A stretch of 64,000 nt of DNA from an uncultured Sphingomonas sp. GTDB lineage: Bacteria; Pseudomonadota; Alphaproteobacteria; Sphingomonadales; Sphingomonadaceae. Within the stretch, counting starts at the first letter, position 1. Every line of letters starts with the position of its first letter. This document shows positions 10,371 to 19,951 of this stretch, one piece after another. Under the pieces are notes generated by a model. The model saw nothing but the letters and a program-made list of their open reading frames with translations. It made no database searches and was not told where the DNA came from. The position numbers and the translations under genes were made by a program. The stretch lies in assembly GCF_913775315.1 (NCBI RefSeq), contig NZ_CAJYIX010000002.1. One strand, written 5' to 3'.

Positions 10371-12116
10371 ATGGCCGGCCTGTACCTGACCCGCACGGAC
10401 GATCCCGAGCGCACGCGAACGCGGATCGACGCCGCCGCGCGGCAATATGCCGATCACGGCTTCGCTCAGCCGACGCCGATCGCGATTCCCGGCTGGACAG
10501 GGATGCACTTCGGCTATGTCCAGGGCGGCCCCGCAACCTGGCACCGCGTCGGCGAGGACCTCATCGCGGTCGCGGGCACACTCACCTATGCCGGACGGAT
10601 CGGCACCGCGGCGCTGGCGGCGCTGCTCGACGACTATCGGGGCGGCGATCCCGACTGGTCGCGGCTCGGCGGGCAATTCAGCGCGCTCGTCGTCAAGGAC
10701 GGCCGGGCGTGGGCGTTCTGCGACTGGTTCGCCGCGCATCAGTTGCACCACGACACCGGCGATACGCTTTTCTCGACCTCGCTCACCGCCGCGCTCGTCT
10801 CGCTGCCGCGCGTGTCGTTCGACGCGCAGGGCGTGTACGAATATGCCTTCAACGTCGTCCCCATCGGCGACGACACGGTCTTCGCCGAATTGAAGACGCT
10901 CGGCCCCGGCATGGTGGTCGAACTGACGCACGAGGGCGTGGTCCGCCACCGCCACGACCGCCCGCTCCCCGACCTTGCCCGTGAAGAGCCACTCCCCGAG
11001 CGCATCGAGCGCCACCGCGGCGCGCTGTCGAACACGCTACGCGCGCATCTCGGCCATTTCCGCACCGTCCATGCACCGCTGTCGGGCGGGCTCGATTCGC
11101 GCCTGCTCCTTGCCGCACTGCGCGCCGAGGGGGTGGACCCGGCGCTCTACGTCTACGGCACCCGCGACGACGAGGACGTGGTCATCGCCGAGGCGATGGC
11201 CGCCGCGCTCGGCTTCGGCGTCGAATGGGTGGACAAGGATGGCGTCTTCTCGCCCACGCCGGAGGCATTCCCGGCGGTGGTCGAGGCCAACTTTAAGGCG
11301 TGGGACGCGCTGCCCACCTTCGGCAACATCTTCGACAATGGCGGCGCGGTGTGGGCGCGGAACAAGCGGCACGCGGGCGGCGGGCTCGCCGCCTCGGGCG
11401 GGTGCGGCGAGGTGTGGCGCGACTTCTTCTTCCTGCCCGACCGGCCGCTGTCGGCGCGGACGGTGGCGCGCAGTTTCTTCGCGCGGTTCGACCCGCGTGA
11501 CGCGACCGCGTTGTTCGATCCGCGCGCGTTCCTTGAGGCGATCGAGGGCAAGATCGCAGACGCGCTCGGCGCGCCCGCCCCCACCACGCGGCTGTCGCGC
11601 CAGTGGATCGAGCAGGCTTATCCGCGGGTGCGCTGCCGCTCGCTGTTCGGGCGCGAGATCAGCCTCGAATCGCGGCAGGGTGCCTATGCGATGCCGTTCC
11701 TCGACCAGCATGTGGTGGCGGAGGCGATGAAGCTGCCGATGGCGCTGAAGCAGGCCGGCGACTTCGAATCGCGCCTGCTGAACGCGATCGACCCGGTCTT
11801 GGCGGCTCAACCCTCGGCCTATGGCCATGATTTCGCCAGCGGGCCAGACAGGCGTCATCGCCGGTCCGAATGGTCGTCGCGCGTGCGACCGACCTGGCTG
11901 CGCCAGCGCAGCTATGCGCTCCAGCGGCGGCTGAGGCCCATGGGCGACGAGCATGGCGGGCTGCTGGAGGCCGATTACATGCGCCGCGTCATCGACCTGA
12001 AGATGCCGCTGATGGCCCGCTTCTTTTGCGTGGAGCGCGTGACCGACAGCGCCGTGTGGCGGCGGCTCGCCGCGCTCGAATATCTGGGGACGTGGCTGGG
12101 CGGACGACTGGCCTAG
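10371..12116 (+). CDS. Asparagine synthetase-related protein (degenerate Ntn domain)
   Basis: PP-loop PLSGGLDSR, SGGCGE, MPFLD; N-terminus MAGLYL lacks the catalytic Cys. Confidence 0.75.
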   Translation: MAGLYLTRTDDPERTRTRIDAAARQYADHGFAQPTPIAIPGWTGMHFGYVQGGPATWHRVGEDLIAVAGTLTYAGRIGTAALAALLDDYRGGDPDWSRLGGQFSALVVKDGRAWAFCDWFAAHQLHHDTGDTLFSTSLTAALVSLPRVSFDAQGVYEYAFNVVPIGDDTVFAELKTLGPGMVVELTHEGVVRHRHDRPLPDLAREEPLPERIERHRGALSNTLRAHLGHFRTVHAPLSGGLDSRLLLAALRAEGVDPALYVYGTRDDEDVVIAEAMAAALGFGVEWVDKDGVFSPTPEAFPAVVEANFKAWDALPTFGNIFDNGGAVWARNKRHAGGGLAASGGCGEVWRDFFFLPDRPLSARTVARSFFARFDPRDATALFDPRAFLEAIEGKIADALGAPAPTTRLSRQWIEQAYPRVRCRSLFGREISLESRQGAYAMPFLDQHVVAEAMKLPMALKQAGDFESRLLNAIDPVLAAQPSAYGHDFASGPDRRHRRSEWSSRVRPTWLRQRSYALQRRLRPMGDEHGGLLEADYMRRVIDLKMPLMARFFCVERVTDSAVWRRLAALEYLGTWLGGRLA

Positions 12117-13036
12117 CGGGTCGCATATTCCTTGATCCGCGGCGCGAGGATGTTGCCGCGCACCGTCACCCCGTCCTTGGCCCAGTCGCCGACCAGCGTT
12201 GTCGATTCCTTGAACGTCGGCGCCAGGGTCGCGCGATTATTCTCGATCACCAGCCCGCGCGACGGGCGGCGCGCGCCCTCGGCCGCGACCGCGATCATCG
12301 TCGAGTAATTCTCCTTGTCCGGTCCCTGGACGAAGCTGTTGTCGACGATGCGGCCCACCGCGCCGTTGGGCAGGTCGATCATGTAGTTGGTCGTGTGCCC
12401 GCGGCTGTCGTCGAAGCTGTTGTCGACGACCTCGACCCGCGGCGCGCGGCTCTTGATGTAATGGCCGCCGGTGCCCTGCTCGAACCGGCTGCGCGTCACG
12501 CGAAGCGCGCCGTAATTGCCGATATAGAGCGCGTGGGCGCCCGTCCCGTCGGGATGCTTGCCCAGCCGCGCGAACGTCGTTTTGTCGACGCTGATCGTCG
12601 AGGACGGGTCCTCGGCCGACAGGATGCCGCACTGTCCGTCGACGAACATCGTGTTCACGACTTCGAGATTGCCCGTCTCGATGCGGATGCCCGCGCCGTT
12701 GCCATCGGGGACGAACGTGCGGGTGAAGACGATGCCGTCCACCTTAGCGCCCTTGCCCCGCAGCACCAACGTCGCCTTGCCCTCACAGATCGCGCCGTCG
12801 AACACGACCTTGCCGGGCTCTGCGACGAAGGCGATGCGGCCGGCTTCCTGCACCGCGCAGTCCCGGTAGCGGCCGGGGGCGATGCGGATCGTGCCGATGC
12901 CGCCGCCGATCGCATTCACCGCGTCCTGAAGGCTGGAATAGGCTCGCCCGCCCTCGACCTGATAAGGCCCACCACCCTGGCTCATGGCAGGCGCGGCGAG
13001 GAGCGTGGCGGCGAGCAGCGCGGCGAAGTGGCGCAT
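12113..13036 (-). CDS. Secreted right-handed parallel beta-helix protein
   Basis: Signal peptide MRHFAALLAATLLAAPAMS; DGNGAGIRIE, GHYIKSRA, repeated N-x-F strands. Confidence 0.75.
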   Translation of the reverse strand: MRHFAALLAATLLAAPAMSQGGGPYQVEGGRAYSSLQDAVNAIGGGIGTIRIAPGRYRDCAVQEAGRIAFVAEPGKVVFDGAICEGKATLVLRGKGAKVDGIVFTRTFVPDGNGAGIRIETGNLEVVNTMFVDGQCGILSAEDPSSTISVDKTTFARLGKHPDGTGAHALYIGNYGALRVTRSRFEQGTGGHYIKSRAPRVEVVDNSFDDSRGHTTNYMIDLPNGAVGRIVDNSFVQGPDKENYSTMIAVAAEGARRPSRGLVIENNRATLAPTFKESTTLVGDWAKDGVTVRGNILAPRIKEYATR

Positions 13037-13099
13037 GGGGACATCCTTTTCGATTCCCCTCACCATCTATCACCCGCGCGCGCGCGCCGCGGCGGTTAA

Positions 13100-15610
13100 T
13101 CAGAGACGCCGGAGTACCGCTGCGGGACGCGCGGACAGGACGGGCCAGCTTCCGGCAAGGCCGATGCCGAGCGTCAGGAATGCCCCCGCGCCCAGCGTCC
13201 CCAGCACCACGCCCCAGTCGGGCGCCCAGCCAAAGTCGAACACGCGCACGATGACGAACCACGCCGCCCCGCCGCCCAGCCCCAGCGCCAGCACCGCCAG
13301 CACGCCGGCGAGCAGCGCGTACTCGATTCCCTGCGCCCCCAGCACCTGCCCGCGCGTGGCACCCAGCGTCTTGAGGATTGTGCTGTCATAGGTCCGCGCC
13401 GCCCGGCTCGCGGCGATCGCGCCGACCAGCACCGCGATGCCCGCTAGGATCGCGACCGAGGCGGAGAGCAGGATCGCCGCCGCCATCTGGTCGAGGATCG
13501 TGCGTACCTGCCCAATGATCTCGCGCGTCGCGATGATCGAGGCGGAGGGGAAGGCGGCGAGCAGCGCGCGCGTCACCGCGCCCTGATGGGCGTCGTCCAT
13601 CTCGATCGTCGCGGTCAGGCTGTGCGGTGCGGCGGCGAGCGTGTTGGGCGAGAAAACCATGATGTAGTTGAAGCCCAACGTCTCCCAATGGATCTCGCGC
13701 AAATTGGCGATCCGTGCCTCGATCTCGCGGCCGAGCACGCTGACGGTCATCGTGTCGCCGACCTTCAGTCCCAGCGTCTTCGCCGCCTCGCGGTCGAGCG
13801 AGACGAGCGGCGGGCCGGCGTAATCGGCGGGCCACCACTTGCCCGCGCTCAGCACGCTCCCCTGCGGCAGGCTCGCCGAATAGGTGACGCCGCGCTCGCC
13901 GCGCAGGAACCAGGCGTCGTCGGGGATGGCCTTCAGATCGGCGACGCGCGTGCCGGCATAGGCGACGATCGTGCCGCGCAGCGACGGGACTATATTGAGC
14001 TTCGCCTCGGGCGCGTCGGCCTTCACCAGCGCCTCGAAGCGAGCGCGCTGGTCGCTCGGCACGTCGAGCACGAACTGGTCGGGCGCGCGGGCCGGCACCG
14101 CGCGGGCGATCTCGGCATCGAGGCTGGTCTGGATCGCCGCAAGCGTCACGAACAGCGTGAGCGCAAGGCCGAGCGCGACGACCAGCGCGCCGGTCTGCGC
14201 GCCCGGCCGGTGGAGATTGGCGACGGCGAGGCGGACGAGCGGCGCCTTGGGCCGCGGCACCCGCGCCGCCAGCCGCCGGATCGCCCAGCCGAGCCCCGCG
14301 AGCAGCAGCAGCACGCCCGCGACACTGCCCAGCACCACCGCGGCGAACAGCGGATCGCGCGCCGTGCCGACCGCCAACGCGACGATCGCCGCGGCGGCCA
14401 CGCCTACGCGAAGCGCCGTGCGCCATTCGATCCCGCCGCGCCGCTCCACCCCTTCGCGGAACAGCGCCGCCGCAGGCATCGACCGCGCGCGCGCCAGCGG
14501 CGGCAGCGCGAAGGCGTAGGCGATCAGCAGCCCGAACGCGGCGCTGGTCGCGAGCGGCAGCAGGTGCAGGCCCACCGCAGGCTTCACCGGCAGCAGGTCG
14601 CCGACGAGTGCCACGATCACCGCGGGCAGCGCCGCTCCCACCACCAGCCCGCTGACGACCGCCGCCAGCGACACCGCGCCGATCTGCATCAGATACAACC
14701 GTTCGATATCGCGGCTGGTGGCGCCCAGCACCTTCAGCGTCGCGATCCCGCCGCGCTTGGCGATCAGATAGGCGCCCACCCCGTTGCCGACGCCGATCCC
14801 GGCGATGACGAGCGCCGCCAGCCCGATCAGGCCGAGGAACTGGCCCAGCCGCTGGAAGAAGCGATCCGCCCCCGGCGCCGCGCGGTCGCGCGTCTTGATC
14901 TCCAGCGCCTCCGCCGGGAAGCCCGCCTTCAGCCGATCGACCACCGCCGCTGGCGATACGGCGGCCGGCAGCGTCAGTCGGTACTTCGCCTCGTACATCG
15001 CCCCCGGCTGCACCAGTCCCGTGCGCCTGAGCCCGTCGAGCGACACGATCGCGACGGGGCCTAACGTGAAGCCCTCGCTCACCCGGTCGGGCTCCTCGGC
15101 GATGATCCCCGCCACCCGGAATGTCGCGGTGCCGTAGCGAAGCGGATCGCCAACGCGCAGCAGCAGCCGCTCGGCCAGCGCACGATCGACGACCACCGTA
15201 TCGGGCGCGAGCGGCGCGTATCGCCCGCTCGCCAGCCGCAGCGTGCCGGTCAGCGGATAGGCGCCATCGACACCCTTCAGCTCGGTCAGCACCGCCCCCG
15301 GCGTGCCCGCCCGCGCCGGCCCGTTCGCCATCGCGCGCAGCCGGATCGTGGACGAGAAGCCCATCGCCCCCTCCCGCATCGCCGCCACCACCGCCGGCGG
15401 CGCCTGTCGCTGCGTCATCGCCACCTCGACATCGCCGCCCAGGATCACGCGCCCGCGCGCAGTCAGCTCGCTCGAGATCGAGACGGTGAGGCTGCCGATC
15501 GTCGCCAGCGTCACGACGCCGAGGAACAGGCAGACGAACAGGAGGCGCAGCCCGCGGAACCCGGCGTTGAGGTCGCGGCGGGCGATCCGCCAGAGCGCGG
15601 CGGGACTCAA
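13100..15610 (-). CDS. ABC transporter permease, FtsX-like YbbP family
   Basis: Two FtsX-type halves (IATLKVLGAT / STILKTLGAT). Confidence 0.88.
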   Translation of the reverse strand: MSPAALWRIARRDLNAGFRGLRLLFVCLFLGVVTLATIGSLTVSISSELTARGRVILGGDVEVAMTQRQAPPAVVAAMREGAMGFSSTIRLRAMANGPARAGTPGAVLTELKGVDGAYPLTGTLRLASGRYAPLAPDTVVVDRALAERLLLRVGDPLRYGTATFRVAGIIAEEPDRVSEGFTLGPVAIVSLDGLRRTGLVQPGAMYEAKYRLTLPAAVSPAAVVDRLKAGFPAEALEIKTRDRAAPGADRFFQRLGQFLGLIGLAALVIAGIGVGNGVGAYLIAKRGGIATLKVLGATSRDIERLYLMQIGAVSLAAVVSGLVVGAALPAVIVALVGDLLPVKPAVGLHLLPLATSAAFGLLIAYAFALPPLARARSMPAAALFREGVERRGGIEWRTALRVGVAAAAIVALAVGTARDPLFAAVVLGSVAGVLLLLAGLGWAIRRLAARVPRPKAPLVRLAVANLHRPGAQTGALVVALGLALTLFVTLAAIQTSLDAEIARAVPARAPDQFVLDVPSDQRARFEALVKADAPEAKLNIVPSLRGTIVAYAGTRVADLKAIPDDAWFLRGERGVTYSASLPQGSVLSAGKWWPADYAGPPLVSLDREAAKTLGLKVGDTMTVSVLGREIEARIANLREIHWETLGFNYIMVFSPNTLAAAPHSLTATIEMDDAHQGAVTRALLAAFPSASIIATREIIGQVRTILDQMAAAILLSASVAILAGIAVLVGAIAASRAARTYDSTILKTLGATRGQVLGAQGIEYALLAGVLAVLALGLGGGAAWFVIVRVFDFGWAPDWGVVLGTLGAGAFLTLGIGLAGSWPVLSARPAAVLRRL

Positions 15611-16308
15611 GCGGCGCTATCCTCGACAATGCGACCGTCGCGCATGCGGATCACCCGGTCGCACCGCTCGGCCAGCGACGGGTCGTGGGTAATCATGACC
15701 AGCGTCGCCCGCGCCGCTCGCTGGCGGTCGAACAACAGGTCGACGATCGCGCCGCTGGTCGCCTCGTCCAGATTGCCGGTGGGCTCGTCGGCGAACAGGA
15801 TCGCCGGGGCGGGCGCGACCGCGCGGGCGATCGCCACGCGCTGCTGCTCCCCGCCCGACAATTGCGCGGGATAATGGGTAATCCGATGGCCGAGCCCGAC
15901 CGCGCCCAACTCCGCCTCCGCCCGCGCAAACGCATCGCCCGCGCCGGCGAGCTCGAGCGGTACCGCAACATTTTCGAGCGCGGTCATCGTGGGCAGGAGG
16001 TGAAAGGCCTGAAGCACGATGCCGATCCGTCCCCGCCGCGCGCGCGACAGCCCGTCCTCGTCCAGCAACGTGAAATCGACCCCCGCCACCTCGACGCTGC
16101 CCCCGCTCGCGCGTTCGAGGCCCGACAGGATCGCCATCAGCGACGACTTGCCCGACCCCGACGGGCCGAGGATCGCGACCGAGCTGCCCGCAGCGATATC
16201 GAGGTCGATGCCCTTCAGGATGTCGGTCGGTGCCTGACGGCTGCCGAGCGAGAGCGTGACATTGCGCGCGCGGATCGCGATATCGGCCGTCAACGGTCCG
16301 GCTAGCAT
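15607..16308 (-). CDS. ABC transporter ATP-binding protein, YbbA-like
   Basis: GPSGSGKS, LSGGEQQRVAIARA, ADEPTGNLD. Confidence 0.93.
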   Translation of the reverse strand: MLAGPLTADIAIRARNVTLSLGSRQAPTDILKGIDLDIAAGSSVAILGPSGSGKSSLMAILSGLERASGGSVEVAGVDFTLLDEDGLSRARRGRIGIVLQAFHLLPTMTALENVAVPLELAGAGDAFARAEAELGAVGLGHRITHYPAQLSGGEQQRVAIARAVAPAPAILFADEPTGNLDEATSGAIVDLLFDRQRAARATLVMITHDPSLAERCDRVIRMRDGRIVEDSAA

Positions 16309-17005
16309 GGGTGGCAATGTGCGTCCTTTGATAATGCTCGGTGCTTCATATGTGGTGGCGGCGCTGCTTCTCCAGTCCTGTTCGGGCGAAGCGCCGAAGC
16401 CCGCGCCCACGCCGACCGCCAGCGCGACCGCGGAGGCGGCGGACGCGCGCCTCGTCCTCGCGTTCGGGGACAGCCTCTATGCCGGCTACGGCGTGCTGCC
16501 GCAGCAGGCGTTCCCCTATGTGCTGGAACAGAAGCTGCGCGCCGCCGGAGTCGCGGCCAGCGTGCGAAACGCTGGCGTCTCGGGCGACACCAGCGCGGCG
16601 GGGCTCAGGCGGCTCGCCTTCACGCTGGACGGCCTGCCTCGGAAGCCCGACCTCGCGATCGTCGGGCTGGGCGGCAACGACATGCTGCGCGGGATCGACC
16701 CGAAGGAAACGCGCGCCAATCTCGACGCGATCTGCGCCGAACTCAAGAAGCGCGGCATCCCGATCGTGCTGACGGGGATGCGCGCGGCGCCCAATCTGGG
16801 GCCGGATTACGTGCGCGCGTTCGAGGGGATCTATCCCGACCTCGCGAAGAAATACGACGCCGCGCTCGACCCGTTTTTCCTCGAGGGCGTCGTCACCAAC
16901 CCGGCGCTGATGCTTCCCGACCGGATCCACCCGAAGCCCGAGGGGATCGTGCGGATCGTCGATCGCGTGACGCCGTTGATTGAAAAGGCGTTGGCTAAGC
17001 GCTGA
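16307..17005 (+). CDS. tesA: Arylesterase/SGNH hydrolase lipoprotein, TesA-like
   Basis: FGDSL, NAGVSGDT, GGND, DRIHP; lipobox-like LLQSC. Confidence 0.9.
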   Translation: MGGNVRPLIMLGASYVVAALLLQSCSGEAPKPAPTPTASATAEAADARLVLAFGDSLYAGYGVLPQQAFPYVLEQKLRAAGVAASVRNAGVSGDTSAAGLRRLAFTLDGLPRKPDLAIVGLGGNDMLRGIDPKETRANLDAICAELKKRGIPIVLTGMRAAPNLGPDYVRAFEGIYPDLAKKYDAALDPFFLEGVVTNPALMLPDRIHPKPEGIVRIVDRVTPLIEKALAKR

Positions 17006-17009
17006 CGGT

Positions 17010-17366
17010 TCAGACCCGTTCGCGGTCGAACAATTCCTCGGCGCTGAGACCCAGCAGCGCGATATGGTCACGCACACGCGGCCAGTAGCTTTTGAGGAAG
17101 CGGTCGCGCTCGGCGACGCGCAGCGCCTCGGCCGCGCCGGGCAGCACGAACATGCCCACGCCGCGGCGCACCTCGACATAGCCGTCGTCCTGGAACGTCT
17201 GGTACGCCTTGGCGACGGTCAGGGGGTTGGCGCCGACTTCGGCCGCGAGCGCGCGGACCGAGGGAAGCTGGTCGCCCGCGCGATACTCGCCGCGCAGGAT
17301 CGCCGCGGCGATCGTGGCGCGAAGCCGCATGTACACGGGCGAATCGTCATGCTCGATCGCTGTCAT
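17010..17366 (-). CDS. GntR family regulator (short, YtrA-like)
   Basis: LPSVRALAAEVGANPLTVAKAY HTH. Confidence 0.9.
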   Translation of the reverse strand: MTAIEHDDSPVYMRLRATIAAAILRGEYRAGDQLPSVRALAAEVGANPLTVAKAYQTFQDDGYVEVRRGVGMFVLPGAAEALRVAERDRFLKSYWPRVRDHIALLGLSAEELFDRERV

Positions 17367-17406
17367 GCCGACTTAATACGGCAAGTGGGTGCGTTTGGAA
17401 ACCGCC

Positions 17407-17985
17407 TCAGCCGGACCAATCTGAAAGGATGAGATCAAGCGGCGGGCGCGGCCGCTCGTCGAGTGCGCGCGAGGGGCTTCCAACGAACACGAACCCGGCG
17501 ATCTTCTCGCCCGCACGCCCGCCCAGCCCCGCCAGCACCGCAGGCGAAAACGCCGCCCAGGTGGTCAGCCAGCCGCCGACGAAGCCGTGCGCGTTGGCGG
17601 CATGGAGCAGGTTCATCACTGCCGCGCCCGCCGACAATTCCTGTTCCCACAAGGGGATGTGGCTGTCGCGCGGGCTCGACAGCACGGTAATCAGCGTCGG
17701 CGCCTGAAGCGCGAACTGGCGCACTGCCTCGATCTCCAGCCGCTTGGCCTCGGGCCGTTCGGCGAGATACGCCGCCTCCAGCATCGCCGCGAACGCTTCG
17801 CGCCGGTCTGGCGGGATCACGACGAAGCGCCAGGGGGCGAGCTTACCATGATCGGGCGTGCGCGCGGCCATCTCGACCATCGCCGCGATCTGCGCGCGGT
17901 CGGGGCCGGGGGCGATCATGTCGCGCGGCTTGCCCGACCGGCGGCTGGCAAGATAGGCGGCGAGGCTGGTGGGATCGTTGAACAT
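17407..17985 (-). CDS. Nitroreductase (YdjA-like)
   Basis: SRRSGK, RTPDHGKLAPWRF, GGWLT. Confidence 0.88.
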   Translation of the reverse strand: MFNDPTSLAAYLASRRSGKPRDMIAPGPDRAQIAAMVEMAARTPDHGKLAPWRFVVIPPDRREAFAAMLEAAYLAERPEAKRLEIEAVRQFALQAPTLITVLSSPRDSHIPLWEQELSAGAAVMNLLHAANAHGFVGGWLTTWAAFSPAVLAGLGGRAGEKIAGFVFVGSPSRALDERPRPPLDLILSDWSG

Positions 17986-18111
17986 GCGACCCAGCTAGCG
18001 AGCGACTTGGCCGCCGCCAAGGTTTACAGGCGCGACAATCGCGCTAGTCTCCGCCGCAACCACTCGCGCGGGCGCTGTCCGCTGCGCATCCTTCAGGAGC
18101 CTTCCCCCCAC

Positions 18112-19905
18112 ATGGTAGAAACGCCGACCGCGGACAGCCCGGCCGAACCCGATATCACCCGCGTCGATCCGTCATCGGAAAAGACGTGGTTCGGCCATCC
18201 CGCCCAGCTCGCCCGCCTGTTCACGACCGAGATGTGGGAGCGGTTCGGCTTCTACGGCATGCGCGCGCTGCTGACGCTGTACCTGACGCAGCATTTCCTG
18301 TTCGGCGACCGGCAGGCGACGGGACTTTATGGTGGGTTCACCGCGCTCGTCTATCTCACCCCGCTGATCGGCGGATACCTCGCCGACCAATTCCTGGGTT
18401 CGAAGCGCGCGGTGAAGTTCGGCGCGATCCTGATGGCGTTCGGGTACCTGACGCTCTGCTTCGGCGGCGAGACGGCCAAGCCCTTCGCGACGATCGACGG
18501 CCAGCGCTACGAGGTGCAGATCGAGGCCAATAACGGCACCGAGACGCGCTACGTCCTCGACGGCGAGCGGCGCCTGGCGATCAAGGGCAATGACGACGGG
18601 ACCGTGTCGCTGCTCAATGACGCCGGCGCGGTCGATCGCACCGTCGCCAAGGGCGGCTTCGTGTCGGACGGCGAGCGCAGCCCGTTCTTCGTCACCGTGA
18701 TGCTGATCGCGCTGTGCATGGTCTCGGTCGGCAACGGCTTCTTCAAGCCCAACATCTCGACGATGGTGGGCGAGCTTTACGCCCCCGGCGACCGGCGGCG
18801 CGATACCGGCTTCACCATCTTCTACATGGGCATCAATCTGGGCTCGCTGGGGTCGCAGTTGCTGTGTCCGCTGCTCGCGACGACGATCGGCTGGTGGGCG
18901 GGCTTCGGCCTCGCCGCGATCGGCATGTTCTTCTCGTGGTTCCTGATCCAGTTCGACGGCGGCCGCCTGTCCGGCTATGGCGAGCCGCCCGCGGGCCAGG
19001 GGCCGCAGCGCGCGCTCGGGATCTATGCCGCCGCGCTGCTCGGCGTGCCGCTCTTCTACCTCCTCTTCTCCAACCTAATGAATGCCGAGCCGCCGGCGCC
19101 GGGCGCAGGCATCCTCGGCTACGTCCTGTCGCTGCCGTTGATGGGCAAGCTGCTGTTCGGCACCTTCCTCGTCGCCGTACCCGGCATCCTGGTCTGGTCC
19201 TACGCGAACGGCGATCGCCGCGAGTTCCAGATGATGGTCGCCGCAATGGTGCTCATCATCTTCAACGTCGTGTTCTGGACGCTGTTCGAGCAGGCGGGGT
19301 CCAGCCTGACGCTGTTCGCCGACCGCAATACCGAATTGAGCGTCTTTGGCCTGTTCAACATCTCGGCGGGTCAGACGCAGTTCTTCAACGCCTTCTTCAT
19401 CGTCGCCTTCGCCCCGATCATGGCGGCGCTCTGGACCACGCTCGCCAAGCGGGGGATTGAGCCGTCGATCCCGGTGAAGTTCGGCATCGCGCTGATGGGC
19501 GTGGGCGCCGGCTTCCTGTTCCTCGTCTGGGGCGGGCAGTTTGCTGGGCCGGACTACAAGGTGGCACTGTGGTGGCTCGCGGGCCTCTACCTCATCCACA
19601 GCCTGGCGGAGCTCTGCATCTCGCCGGTCGGCCTGTCGATGGTGACCAAGCTGTCGATCGTGCGCATCGTCGGGCTGATGATGGGCGTGTGGTTCCTGTC
19701 GATCTCGGTCGCGCAGTACGTCGCGGGCATCGTCGCCCAAGTGGCGAGCGTCGAGACGGTGGGCGGTCAGGTGACCAACCTGAAGGTCAGCCTCGACACC
19801 TATAACGGCGTGTTCTGGACGATCGGCATCGCCTCGGCGGTGATCGGCCTCGTCCTTCTCGCGCTGTCGCCGATCATCAAGAAGTGGATGCACGGCGTCC
19901 AGTAA
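18112..19905 (+). CDS. POT/PTR family peptide MFS transporter
   Basis: TEMWERFGFYGMR (ExxERFxYY-like), GNGFFKPNIS, FYMGINLG. Confidence 0.93.
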   Translation: MVETPTADSPAEPDITRVDPSSEKTWFGHPAQLARLFTTEMWERFGFYGMRALLTLYLTQHFLFGDRQATGLYGGFTALVYLTPLIGGYLADQFLGSKRAVKFGAILMAFGYLTLCFGGETAKPFATIDGQRYEVQIEANNGTETRYVLDGERRLAIKGNDDGTVSLLNDAGAVDRTVAKGGFVSDGERSPFFVTVMLIALCMVSVGNGFFKPNISTMVGELYAPGDRRRDTGFTIFYMGINLGSLGSQLLCPLLATTIGWWAGFGLAAIGMFFSWFLIQFDGGRLSGYGEPPAGQGPQRALGIYAAALLGVPLFYLLFSNLMNAEPPAPGAGILGYVLSLPLMGKLLFGTFLVAVPGILVWSYANGDRREFQMMVAAMVLIIFNVVFWTLFEQAGSSLTLFADRNTELSVFGLFNISAGQTQFFNAFFIVAFAPIMAALWTTLAKRGIEPSIPVKFGIALMGVGAGFLFLVWGGQFAGPDYKVALWWLAGLYLIHSLAELCISPVGLSMVTKLSIVRIVGLMMGVWFLSISVAQYVAGIVAQVASVETVGGQVTNLKVSLDTYNGVFWTIGIASAVIGLVLLALSPIIKKWMHGVQ

Positions 19906-19912
19906 CGGGCAA

Positions 19913-19942
19913 GGGGCGGGTGACCCGCTGGGTCCCCGCCCC
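19913..19942. terminator. Hairpin between convergent genes
   Basis: GGGGCGGG-T-GACCC/GGGTC-CCCGCCCC. Confidence 0.55.
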
Positions 19943-19951
19943 AAAAGCCGC

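Noticed and set aside
10195-12116. Lasso peptide cluster around the Asn-synthetase-like gene
   Set aside because: No precursor, PqqD-like B1 or transglutaminase-like B2 gene nearby
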